This document shows positions 49,344 to 62,400 of a stretch of 64,000 nt of DNA, piece by piece. Numbering within the stretch: position 1 is the first letter of the stretch; each line of letters starts with the position of its first letter. The DNA comes from Zancudomyces culisetae HAW-14-8 (Eukaryota > Fungi > Kickxellomycota). Location of the stretch: NCBI GenBank assembly GCA_052426225.1, contig JBNJNM010000012.1, forward strand, positions 682,001 to 746,000. The letters run 5' to 3'. Under the pieces are notes generated by a model that had not been told where the DNA came from, did not search any database, and saw nothing but the letters and a program-made list of their open reading frames with translations. Made by a program: the position numbers and the translations under genes.

Positions 49344-49883
49344 AGTTAGGAATGGCCAATTCCCGGATCATATTTTTAGTTTACATGTTGGCTTACAAAA
49401 TACATATTGTTTATTACATTTTCGAAATTCGAATATATTATTCCGCCATAGAAATCATGTTTGCAAAATTGCCATGAAATCTAAGAATTTATTTTGGAAA
49501 AATTTACAAAGCATATTCTAAAAATTAAGCAAAATATAAATTTAACAAATATCCATGAAAAAATTGAATTCAAAAATCCATGATATAATTAACAAATAGA
49601 AATGATAAGTGTAATTATAGTATGTACCTTATACTATTTCAATTTTACATAGTAAAATTTTATTGCCAAATTTAATTTTCTTCAAGTTTTATTAATATTA
49701 ATATTCTCTGAAGAAAAATTATATAAATTCTCCGAAATTCCGTTTGGATACGTTTGAGAAATATATGAATATTAATCCATCTAATATTAAAATTTTCAAA
49801 AATACTACATATTCTCTAATTATAGATAATCAAGATTAACGTACCTATAGTTTTAAGGTATAAGCAGCGCCTTGTTTACAACA
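49344..49883 (+). mobile_element. Old solo LTR of family F
   Basis: (T)GTTAGGAATGGC...TTTACAACA aligns along its length with the reverse complement of 56384-57126. Confidence 0.75.
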
Positions 49884-50859
49884 TGTATCTTAACAGTATA
49901 GTATTTTTAATACTATGAATTTAAACAAATTAATGTTGATACATTTGTGTCAAAAATATTATAATATTATATTAATCCATTTAGTATAAATATATAATAT
50001 TATTATATAAAATACTATATTATTAATCAAATATATTGTAAATTAGTGTTTGAATACTTTTTCATAAAATTGAGATTTTCAATCTAATATAAAAATAATA
50101 AAAATATAAATAACTTTATGTTTTAAATAATGTGTATTAAACTAGTAAAATTAATATTCTTTTTTATATATTAACTGTGTGTTAAATAGTTAATATCAAT
50201 AATAGTGTGTATATTATTGGTATCTAACAGCACCCTTGCTTAAAGAACTTTATAATGAGTAGGGGTATTTCAAATGTTGCTCAAGTTTTGATCACGCCAT
50301 GCCTACCAACTTGTGAACCTCATCAACCAACTTTGACCGATAATCGTGACTCCATTGTTATACATTTTAGCCAGTAAATTTTAAGACTATTAGTATAATT
50401 ATGAACCAGGCTCTCAACACATGTTGAATTTTAATTTTATATATAAATTTGTATATTGGTTTATATTTTTTTAATAATTTTAATAATAAATAATATATTA
50501 AGATTTTCAATTATTAAATAGTTATATTATTTTCATGGCGTTAATTATATACTAAATATTATCAAGATATGTAATATAATTTGTACCTCAACAACGATTG
50601 ATGAACGAAATCCAATTTAAAATCGAGAATCTAATCAAGGGTCAAACGCTAAAAATAATATCGAAGAAAATAATATTTTTGCGATAAACAAGTAATTGCA
50701 ACATTTGTTAGAACTATTAGTATTATCTGACGATATAGCATTAACCAAGAAAATTCGATGTGGGAATCGTTGGAGAATATTTCACATAAGTTTAATAATT
50801 TTATATATCAAAAATCTAGACATTAAAATATAAATAAATGAACGTATCTAGTTGTAACC

Positions 50860-53657
50860 AAATTAAATGGTTTCTTGAGAAATATAAATGCGTCCTGGCA
50901 TTCTGGAGTCCAATTAAATGGAATGTCTTTCTTAGTTAGATTTGTGAGCGGTCTGGCTATCTAGGAATAGTTCTTGATAAATTTTCTGTAAAAATTAGCA
51001 AAGCCAAAGAAACTCATAACGCCTTTAACATGGGTAGGTGTTTGTCATTTAAGTATAGTTTGGACTTTTTCTGGGCTCATTGCGATACCTGTATCAGAAA
51101 TTATGTAACCCAAAAATTCTACACTAGTTTGGTCAAATTGGCATTTCTCTAGTTTAGTATAGAGACCGTGAGTTCTTAGTCTTTCTAGGACTTCTTTTAC
51201 ATGATTGTTGTGTGATTCTTGGTTTTCAGAAAACACCAGTATATCATCAAGATATACTATTACAGATATGTGTAGCATATCACTGAATATGTCATTCACC
51301 ATTGCTTGAAATACAGCTGGTGCGTTGGTTAATCCAAATGGCATAACTAAATATTCAAAATGACCATATCGGGAACGAAAGGCGGTTTTCCACTCTTCAC
51401 CTGGTTTCATACGAACTAGATTATATGCACCTCTCAGATCTATTTTGGTGAAGATTCTGGCATCATTGAGATGATCTAATAGTTCGGAAATCAGTGGTAG
51501 TGGATACCAGTCTTTTACTGTGAGCTCGTTTAAGTCTCTGTAATCAATACAAGGTCTTAAACTGCCATCTTTTTTCTTTATGAAAAATATTGGGGCTCCT
51601 GCTGTGGAATGACTTCTCCTGATAAATCCCTTTTTGAGATTGTCTTTGATATACTCATCTAGAGTCTTGAGTTCTGGACCTGACAAGTTGTATAACGGCT
51701 TGAACGGTATCTTGGCGTTTGGATCTTTTAGCGGGATTTCACAATCATAGGGTCTATGCTCTGGTAAAGTGTCTGCTTTCTTCTTTGAAAATACACCTGA
51801 GTAGTCTTGATATTTCATGGGTAGTTTCTCGGGGTGGTTTTCAAATGATTCCTCATACTCTGAATCATCATATGGATCAAATGATATCTCCGAAAAGGTA
51901 ATTTGGTTAAGTTTTAAATTATTTGTTGCTGTTGATTCAGGCAGATTGAAATTTAGCTTCAGCTTTACCCAATCAATAATTGGTTGTTGTTGTTTTAACC
52001 ATGGCAATCCTAAGATAACGGGGTAACTGAGAGACGGTACGACATTGAATGTAGTCGTGCTAGTATGTTTGTTAATCATGATTTCCAGAGGTACTGTGGC
52101 TAGTTATTAATCCATAACTAGAAGGTTTATTGTTAGCTAGAATTATTTCTATAGGTGTATCCAATGTTTGAATCATGATTCTGTGATTATTTATAAGTCT
52201 ATTGCTTATAAAATTTTCTGATGCTCCGGTATCTACCAGAGCCTTGGTGTGTATCTTTATATTTTTAACTTGATCTTGATATTAATTAGTAAATTATTTG
52301 AAAACTTGGTATTGTTAAGATAGTGAGTTTGAAACTCCATGGATGTTGAGGGTTCATGATTATCCTTCAGATACCCTCGAATTTCTGAGGAGTTCTCTGG
52401 TTTTTTGCTTGCAAATCTGTTTGCTTCTTGATCTTGGAAATGATGGATTTCCCTGAGTCTCTGCTTGTTGAACGGGTTTTCTTCATGTTAACGGAATGCG
52501 GATTCATGAATGATTCTTGATGTCTCTTCTTTCTGGGACAGTTTTGGACAGTGTGGTTTGAACCACCACAATAAAAACAGAGATTATTATGTTTTCTGTG
52601 ATCTCTTTCAGGTTCGGTAAGTCTACGGGTGCCCACAACGTCAACATCGATTCTGGTAATCTCAGAAGATGTGTAATGCATGGGTGAAATCCAGGGTTTG
52701 ACCTTATTCCTTTCTGCTCTTCTCTGAAAGATTCTGTTATCAATTCTGATACAGAGAGATGTGAACTCTTCAAAAGTAGTGGGTACGTGATCCAGAGTTG
52801 AGAGAGCGTCTTTGATTTCGCCATTTAATCCTTCGTAGAAGGCCTTGACGAGCGCGGGTTCGTTATATTCTGTCTCAAGCGCAACACTTTTAAAGTGTGT
52901 GGTGTAGGCAAGACAGCGGGAACGACCCTGCTGCAGATTTTTTAATTTATTCTGCGCAACCCATACAGAATTGGGTTCGCTGTAAGTTCTTTCTAATAAA
53001 TTGATAAAGTCTCTATACTGAAAGAGAAAGGTATGACGTGCTTCCTGCAACGTTCTAAACCATGTTTGTGCCCCGTCGGTGAGGAGCGTCCCGATGTACA
53101 GGACCTTAACGTGATCAGTTGGGAAACGGCTTGGCTGTAACTTGAAGACGGTTCAGACTGTGGAGAGAAAGTTTTTGACATTGTCTTTTCTTCCACCACT
53201 AAACTTTTCTGGTGTTGGTACTTTTGGCTCTGGAATAAATGCTCTTTGAAAACTGGCTGTTTGGCGTAAGGAGTCTACTTCGTCGGAAAGCCTGGCGATC
53301 TGACCCATTAAGGTTTGAATAACCTCATTTGGGTTTGGCACTTGCTCTTGATTTTCCATGTTTGGAGTCTTGAATGTATTGCAGTAAGTCTTAATGCTAG
53401 AGTGAGAACTATGGTAACACTTTTTATAAGTGTAAGGTAGATGGACAGCTATGAAAAGCTTGCTTGTTACTGTTGAAGTTTGCCTGGATCTTTGGAGTCG
53501 TGAGAGAAAAATATTATGTTATAAACAATGAGCTGCTTATAACTTGGACCGTGGATTAGTTATGCTTGATAAATATTTATTTAGTGAGAAGTAAGTATTT
53601 AGAAAAATATAATATTTTATATGTTAAAATATATATTTTCTCTGATGTAATCCAACA
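50860..53657 (-). mobile_element. Degenerate Tf2-like Ty3/gypsy element F (partial 5' LTR, gag, PR, RT)
   Basis: Gag pieces 53153-53359 (PEKFSG) and 52367-53050 (CCHC); RT 51045-52079 (LPEHRPYD, DLRGAYNLVR, YLDD); LTR 3' part 53517-53657 with adjacent self-type PBS. Confidence 0.88.
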
Positions 53658-55199
53658 ATCATCACCATTGTTAACTTTTATAATAAATATATCAATGTTT
53701 TTTATATTATTATAATAATATAAATTTTGATATTTCTAGTTAAATTGACAAGATATCGGCAAAAATATAAATCACAATCATATGAACTATTAAATCAGTA
53801 TAAAATTAATGCATTTGGGAATTAAAAGTTCCCGAGTTATGATTCGAATGTAAAGAAGTATGATAATTATTAATTGTAAATCTTATGGGTAAATATAGTG
53901 ATGATTACAATAATATACATATTATTGTTATTAATTAGGAGATATTAGTTTCCTGAATGATATAATGTAAAATTGATACTATATTCGAATTAATTATTCT
54001 TAAAGTACCTAATTATATTTATTTGTCAAACACAATTAAATGACTATAATCGATTGAATAAACTTCCTTAGTACTTAAATTTTCAAGAAACAATAATAGT
54101 AATAAATTTATGAATAATAAATATAACATGTAACTGATAATAATAATACATGATAAAATCTTAATTATATTATTAATTTATCATCTATAAAATCATTTGG
54201 ATTATCTTAATTGTAATACTATAAGATGAAAAACTTGCATATTCAATAGATCTCGTTTAGTGACAATATCAATTAAAATTTTGAAAGTACTGTTGATACA
54301 TGTTACTATAACTTGGTAAATTAAAAACTTTACATTATATTTCATATTTTATAAAATATTATTATTGATATAACTAAAAGTAAATTTAAAATTTTAGTTA
54401 TTTTGATCATAAGGTATTGATCAAATCATACGAAATCATATTATATAAAAAATCATATTAATCTTTTTTAACAAAATCTAAAAACAATGTATAACAGTAT
54501 ATTTCTAGATTAAAACAAAATTGTATAGATAGAACTTTGTTCTTTATAACAATAAATCAAGTTAATTATAATTCTATTAAAGTTAAATTATTTATTTAGT
54601 TGAATTTCCATTTTAGAAAAGATACATAAATTGAATTTGGTAAAAAAAATTTTTTTATTACCAATTCTATTTTCAAGTAACAGTTATAATTTACATAAGA
54701 AAAAAATTTTCAATCTTAGACTTAACCCCAGATTTAATATCATTAAATCAATCAAGGGTCTAACCCCTTGAATGTTTATAGAAGTATGAAATTATTTTTT
54801 CTACTATAAACAAAGTATTGCGATCTTGGTTTTATATTTATAATATCTCTGACAATAAAGTAAATAAACCCAAGAAAATTCGTTGTGGATATTAACAGTG
54901 TATAATATTCTTATAGTTTATTATGCTATTATTTTTCTTATATCAAGTTTTAATATATATTTTAAATCTAGTTATATCATATATATATTATAATACAAGT
55001 CAATTTAATTATATTATTCAAAATGAGAACAAAAATTTACTTGAAATATGAGTTATAAGAATAAAAGAATATCACTATTAAATAATAATGAATACATTAA
55101 ATATGACTATGTTAATATAAAAGTAAACTAGATAAAAAGAATGATTTATTTAGTAAAAAATAAAATAATAGAATAAGAAAAAATGCGACAGTTCAAATA

Positions 55200-55470
55200 A
55201 TAGTTGAACTCGAAAAACAGAAGTTGGAAAGCCGTTGGGAAAGACCTTATCGGGTATTAAGGTATTAACTAAAGGCGCATACATAATTAAAGATGACTAT
55301 GGAAACCATGATCTGGTAAATGGGGATCTCTTGAAAAAATATATTTCCAGTAGCAGTACCTTACCAGAGGCCACGGCAAAGCTTTGTCGACACTTAAACA
55401 AATCAAACTACGTGATCCGGATGGGGGCATCCGAGCTTAAGGGGAGGGTACTGTTATATAGTGGCAGTGA
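55200..55470 (+). pseudogene. Integrase C-terminus relic, PPT and start of a G-like LTR
   Basis: KGAYIIKDDYGNHDLVNGDLLKKY, then AAGGGGAGGG and TGTTATATAGTGG. Confidence 0.7.
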
Positions 55471-56383
55471 TCTCTTCTAGATCCTATAGGATTAACCTAC
55501 AAATTATTTTAGTTTAATTATATAAATGATATAAGTTCATTTGTATCAAAAGGTAGGATCTTTCATGGTTTATTATTATTTTATTTATTATTATAAAAGT
55601 TCTAGTTTAGTTTTTATTATCTACGGATATTTTCATGATTAGAACGAAGCAAAAATTAAGAGTTTAATAATTATAGGTTTATTAATTAGGATTATTAGTG
55701 AGCAGTATAAAATAATAATATTAGAACGATTTCTTGGCATGAAATATTATCAGTTAAATTAAGTTATGATCTATTTACAAATATTATAAACAATTATGAT
55801 TTAACTATAAAGCAATATTAAGGTATAAATGTTTAATAGTAAATATAAATTAAAAGTGAAAAAAAAACCATTATCGCTAACAATAGCATTTTTTTTATAT
55901 AGTCAAGTTTTATAAATAGTTTTGGATTTAAATACTTATTCAGTATTATCAATTTTAATAATTAACAAATTATAAAAATATAGGGAAATTACATTGAATT
56001 GTTAACTAAATATAAGATTTCAGTTCCTGTTTTGTTAAATGACACATTATGTAATTTCAAATTATTATCAGTCCAATAACTTCAACCCTCTAGATGTGTA
56101 ATATGTAATATAATGTGCTTTCATTAAAAATTTTGTTGCAAATGCTATAGGATGTTGAGGTTGTGTTCAGATTGAGAGAGGATTGCACCGAGTCCTTGAT
56201 TAGCTGCGTCTGTCGAAAGGATGAACGGAATTTCTCAATTCGGAAGTTTTAGTATTTTTGCACTTGTGAGTGTGGTTGTTTGAATGATCTATCTTTATGG
56301 ACTTTTATCTTTAAGGAATTAGTCCACATTTATGTCGGATGTATTTGGCTTTTCTCAGTGCTACATGCCAGATTCCAGATAAT

Positions 56384-57126
56384 TGTTATAATCAATGAGC
56401 TGCTTATAACTATGCTGTGATTAATATTCAGTATTATTATTTATTAGGAAGAAGTAGTTATTTAGAAAAATATATTATTAGATGAGTTAATGATATATTT
56501 TTCTCTGATGTATCCCAACGGAATTTCGAAGGGTTTATATATTTTTTCATCAGAGAAATTTGCTATGAAAAAACTTAGTGATAATAATTATTTAGTTTTA
56601 AAATTTTACTATGTAAAAATGAACTAATTTAAAGTAACTATCAAAATTGAGTTTATCAAACTTCTTGTTTGATTTATTCATGAGATTACTTTATCGATTT
56701 TAACATGTATTTTGTTTATCGATTTTAACATGTATTTTGTTTATCGAATTTTATCATGGTTTTTGGTTATCCAATTTTATCATGGTTTTTGGTTATCTAT
56801 TTTGCCTACGATATTGTATATCGATTTTGCCTATGATTTTGTATATCGATTTTGCCTACGATATTGTATATCGATTTTGCCTATGATTTTGTATATCGAT
56901 TTTAACATGAATTTTATAAATTTAATTATTGAAAATTTTCTTTAATTTTCTTTGTCAATTTTCCCAATAATAAATACTGTGATTTCATGGTGAATTTTGC
57001 ATACATGATTCCAATGTCGGAATGGCTTATTTGAATGTCGAAAGTGAAATAATAAAATAGTTTAATTTTTTATAGAACAAAAATGTAAACTAAAATTTAT
57101 GTTCCGGGAATTTGCCATTCCTAACA
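56384..57126 (-). mobile_element. Solo LTR of family F with an internal 25-bp tandem array
   Basis: Shares TGTTATAA.CAATGAGCTGCTTATAAC with 53517; the other end is GCCATTCCTAACA. Confidence 0.8.
56690..56910. repeat. About 9 copies of a degenerate 25-bp unit (e.g. TTTTGCCTACGATATTGTATATCGA)
   Basis: Recurrent TATCGATTTT every 25 bp, in three sub-variants. Confidence 0.85.
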
Positions 57127-57183
57127 TTTTAGGATCGATTCCAACAAAGATCCATTTTTTGGAATATATTGCCATTCCTAACA

Positions 57184-59464
57184 TGTGGGGAATAAAGAAA
57201 TTTAAACACTACCTTTGGGGGAAAAAGTTTGTGGTGAAGACAGACCATTAAGCATTACTAAAGGTCTTTGACACCCAGGACTTAAATGGCAGAGTAGCAC
57301 GATGGGCAATGTTCCTGCGGGAGTTTGACTACGAATTCCAACATGTTAGGGGTGCTGTAAACCCTACTGATTTCCTGTCAAGAAATCCAGGAATCACGGA
57401 AGAAGTAGCCCCAGGAGCAGAGGCCGAGGAAGTAGAAATAGCGGCGATGGATGTGTTACATCACGCAGCTATTTCCAACTACCTAAGGGATAGAACTTAC
57501 CCAAACAGAGCTAATGACGACTTCAGGAAAAGCCTTCGGGAAAAGGCTAAGTTGTTCAAGCTGCTGGATAATAAGTTATGCAAAGTAACAAAGCAGTTTG
57601 GGATAAGGGAAGTACTTCACCATGAGAATCAAAAGGAGAAAATCCGCGAGATTCACGAAGAAGGTCATGAAGGAATACTCTATACCCTGAATCGCGCCCG
57701 AAACAAGTACTTCGGTAAAGGGTTGCGAGAGGTAGTTGAGGAAGTTGTAGGAGAATGTGAGCGTTGCCAAAAACAAGATAAAGGTAAATTCTTTAGAGAG
57801 CCGCTCCATCCCTTCCTAGCCATGCGACCGTTTGAAATAATGGGGATTGACTTTGTAGGACCTATAAATCCTATAGCAAAGTCGGGCAACAAGTATGTCA
57901 TAACTGCGATAGACTACTTGACGAAGTGGCCAATTGCTGTGGCGGTGCCACATGCTACTTCGGAAGTTGTGATTAACTTCTTGTTCACCAAAGTGGTACA
58001 AGAGTTCGGTATACCCGCACAACTTATGTCTGACAGAGGAGCATCATTCACATCAGAATTGTCCTCTAAGTTTTACGAAGAGGTGGGGATTCACCACACC
58101 CCTACTACCGTATTTCGTCCCCAAGCTAATGGTCAAGTGGAACGCTTCCATAGAACTTTCCGTAATGTGTTAGCCAAAGTTTCTGAGAGAAACAAGGAAG
58201 AGTGGGATACTTATATCTGGAAGGTCTTGTTAGTCATCAGGACTATGAAGAACAGATCTACAGATAAAAGCCCCGCAGAGTTACTGTATGGAGTAAAGTT
58301 GCAAACCCCAGCAACTTGGAGACCTCCTGCAGAAGTGGAAGATCTCGAGGAAGAGATTATTCAAAGGGTAAACGCCATCCAAGTTGGTATCCCCGAGATA
58401 AGGCGCCTAGCAGTTGAGAAAATGGCTGAGGCAAACCAGGTCATGAAGCAAAGGTATGACAAACAAGTAACTGTCTACCGTTTCAAGGAAGGTGACAAGG
58501 TGCTCAGAAAAGTTGAGCAGCCTTCAGGAAAATTGGAACCCTACTGGGAAGGACCATATACCGTCACCAGAGTACTTAGGTTAGGCACATACGTTATCCA
58601 AGATCCAGCAGGACACCGTGACTTGGTTAATGGAGACCGCCTTAAACCATATCGCCAGGCAGAACATATGATTCCCGAGATCACGCCAGGGAATATTCGG
58701 AGCACTTTGAGACGCTTCAAGAATTAAAGCTTGCACACAAAGGTTGAAGCCCTGAGTGTAAGCTGTGGGGGGGAGGTGTTGTATGCTTAGTTCTACCCAA
58801 GCTAAACTATTGGATGAACAGCATACAGCTTCTCAAACACCGAATAACCACCGTTATCTCGGGTGTTCGAGCAAGAAATCTGGGATTTCTTGGGTAATAA
58901 ATTACCCAAATGTTGGAGAAATATTCAGTTTTAATTGTTTTATTTTAATTTCTATTATATAAAGTTCTAATAAAATAGCTAGTCAGGTACTAGTATATTA
59001 CTAGTAACCCCACCACAAGTTTGGTGGTTTTATCATTTTTATTTTTAAAAGTTATTCATTAAATAAAATACAAATTAGCTCTAAAATACTTGATTTTACT
59101 CTATAAAATTGAAATTTGTGATTTGAGCAAAAACCTACCTAAAACCAAAAAAAAACATAGGTAGTGAAGCGTAACACAATTTTCAAAGGGTATCAGAAAG
59201 GTATCAGAGTCTAATTTTTGGACCAAAATTAATTGTTTTGCACACCAAATTTTAGGAGTTGGGCGTAATTTTACCCAGTTTTATCGCATTTATTGAAGTA
59301 ATAAATACATAAAACTAAATTAAATATAAGCTAAAAAGGTAGGGTTGACTGGTTAAATAAAGTAAAACTTATTCAAGTAACAATCCCCCTCTATTAGCAG
59401 AACTTTTTGTAGGTTTAGTTGCGGAAATTTCCTGAGAAATTTTCTGCAATCTAAAATTACAACA
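57184..59464 (+). mobile_element. 3' half of Ty3/gypsy element B (RNase H end, integrase, PPT, 3' LTR)
   Basis: WGIKKFKHYLWG; ORF 57309-58727 with HHCC, DDE and WEGPY; PPT GGGGGGGAGG; LTR 58777-59464 (TGTTGTA...TACAACA). Confidence 0.92.
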
Positions 59465-62400
59465 ACATGTCGTATAAATATAGTATAAGTAAATCTGTAT
59501 TTGAGAACTGATGTTGTTTTATTTTAGAAATACTAAACCTTATATATAAATTCTGTAAAAATTAAAATCCTAATAAAATATTTTAATCATAGAAATTTTA
59601 TGATAACATGTGAAATAATAATAATCTGAAACAAGTAAATGAAACATAAGCTAAAATTGTAAATCCAGTCATTAAAATTTATAAACGTGTTGGGGATGAT
59701 TTTCTCAATTGTCGATCCATCTTAAATGCTTTGTCATGCGGATATACGGGAATGTATCGTGAATTTAATCTAACCATCTTAGCAATTTATTAAAAACCCA
59801 GTGGGAAAAAATTATAAATTGTGGTGATTAAAATTCACGACAAATGTTATATAGTAGAAATATATACCTGTCTTTCCTTGTATTATATTGGTTAATTTAA
59901 ATAGTAAAATTTTATGCATTAAATAGTCTAGTTTTGAATTAATTAATATATTGTCTTTTTCTACCTAATTAAATATAGTCCTAATATATAATAATATAAG
60001 TTCCGTCCTGTATAATACTGGGTAATTATATTACTCAGTAGGACGTTAAACATGTAATTATACAACACAAACTGTTATATAGTGGAATTATATACCTGTA
60101 TAACCTTGTATTTTAATGGTTAATTTAATAAGTATTATTTTAAGCATTAAATAGTCTAGTTTTGAATTAATTAATAAATTGTCTTTTTCTCCCAAAATAA
60201 TATATGACCAAATATATAATAATATATGTCCCGTCCTGTCATGATCCATTCATGATATTATAGCTATTTTTAATAACATATTAAAAATAGCAAATGTTAA
60301 ATTTATTAACGTTTTCTCCGCTTTAATTCTTACTCCATAAATTATTAATTATGGAGTAAGAATTAATAATTTTTAATAATTTGGTTTTACCCCATATTAT
60401 TAAATGTTAACTGTGGAGTTGACAGTTAATATATTTAGTTTAAGTTATAGTTTAATTAAGGTTTTTATAATGTTTTACAAATAATTTTGTATATTGTAAA
60501 ACTATATAAGGACAAGGATTTTATTGCTTTAGGAAACTTTAGAAATATAATGCTTTTCATCTCATAGTATTTTATTAAATTAATCATAGTCATAGTAAAT
60601 ACATATAGACTTAGTGTCAAGTCTGACATTATTTTATTGCTCTTACACTACCTACTATTATGTCTAAATACCGTGAAATGTTAGCCGAATATCAAAGACT
60701 TAAAGAAGAAAACGAGCGATTGAAATCTCAACAATCAGCTCCACCAGATCCGCCAGCAGAACAAGAAAAGTCCGCCCAGGCCGCACCAGTACCAATCCCA
60801 GTCCAGCCAGCCGCTGCCCGCATAGCCTTGCCAGAAAGGTATGACGGAGATCGCAGCAACTTCCGTGGTTTTGTAAACCAATGCCGTCTACTGTTCTTTA
60901 CCCACCCAGACCACTACCCGTCCGCCACCAACAAGGTTGGTCTTGTTATGTCCCTTCTCACAGGGAATGCGCTCCGTTGGGCTAGCCCTTACATTGAAAA
61001 GGGTAGCCCTGTGCTCCAGGACTACGAACTCTTTATGAAAGAGTTCGCCAAGGTGTTTGATGACCCTCAACGGTCTCAAACAGCCAATGATGCCATCAGG
61101 GCATTGAAACAGGGCACCTCACCTGTCTCAATGTATGCATCAGAGTTCCGTCGTTTAATGATGGATCTCGACTGGAACGAGTCAGCTCTCGTATCCCAGT
61201 TTGCCGAGGGTCTGAGCGAAGCCGTGCTCGACACCCTTGCACTATTCCAAACTCCTGATGATTTGGAAGGTTACATCAATGCTGCAATTCTCATTGATGC
61301 CAGGTTAACCAGGCGCAAGGAAGACAAGGCCAGGAGAAAGAGAGGCATTCAGCCTTATGTTCAGCCCACCAGTTCTCAGATAGAACCTATGCAGGTGGAT
61401 TCTGTTCAGCTTGTCGTCTCCCCAACCGAGAGAGAACGTCGAATGAAACTTGGACTCTGCTATTACTGCGGCGGAGAAGGCCACCAAGTTACCACCTGTC
61501 CCGAAAAGCTTAAGAAAACTAAGCAGGGAAACCACCGGGTTCAGGCTTAATTGGGAAGCCAATCCTGAACCAAACCATCCCAACCAAAGACTTCCCCCGT
61601 TCCAGATCCTTTGTCCATCAAGTCAGCAGTATCCGAGACGTCTACAACTCCCATCGTTTTCTTGTCACTGTTTCTTACTACTCCCAAGTAACGTAAAGTT
61701 GCAAATCGTCGCCATGGTAGATTCAGGTGCTTCTGGTTTGTTCATAAACCAAGGTTTTGTATCTAACCATTCCATTCCATCCGTTTCCAAAACAACTCCA
61801 ATACCTGTGGAGTTTGTAGATGGTACTCCAATGTCTGCCGGTCCAATCACACACCAAACTGTTCCGCTCAAGATCAAGATTGGAGTTCACCAAGAAGTAG
61901 CCACGTTTGAAATCATAAACTCCCACCATGTTGACATGATTTTAGGACTTCCGTGGCTTGAACTTCATGAACCCACTATCAATTGGAAGAAGAGATTAAT
62001 TCATTTTGATAATGCATATTGCCAAAAACACTGCAACATCAAAAGGTTCTCAACTCAAAGATCCAATCCAACGATTATCAAGACTAATACCTCAGTCATG
62101 TCAAGACAAGCACCAGGACCAGGACCAGGACCAGGACCAGCACTAATTAGCCAGAATAACCATAGCCAAGAAACCCAAAGTCAGGAAACTAACAACCAGG
62201 AAAACCATGTTAAAGATAACCACAGTCAGACTATCCATTGCCAAGTAATCACAGCCAGGAAAATTTAAACCAGGAGACTAACCACAGCCAGGAAAACCAT
62301 AGCCAGGACAATACTTACAATAGCCAGGAAAATACTGTCAATAGCCAGGAAAACTTAAACCAGGATTATCAGAACCAAGTACACAACCAAGAAGTCATTG

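Noticed and set aside
48540-57000. Classical RIP as the cause of AT richness
   Set aside because: Near-identical multi-kb duplicates (E copies, D LTRs) persist without dense C-to-T changes.
49344-57126. Inverted ends TGTTAGGAATGGC suggesting a 7.8-kb DNA transposon with long TIRs
   Set aside because: Both ends are complete F-family LTRs (matching the LTR next to F's PBS) in opposite orientation. No transposase or TSD.
61450-61550. +1 gag-pol frameshift in element E
   Set aside because: The -1 frame after GGGAAAC is homologous to D; the apparent +1 overlap results from a downstream 1-nt deletion.
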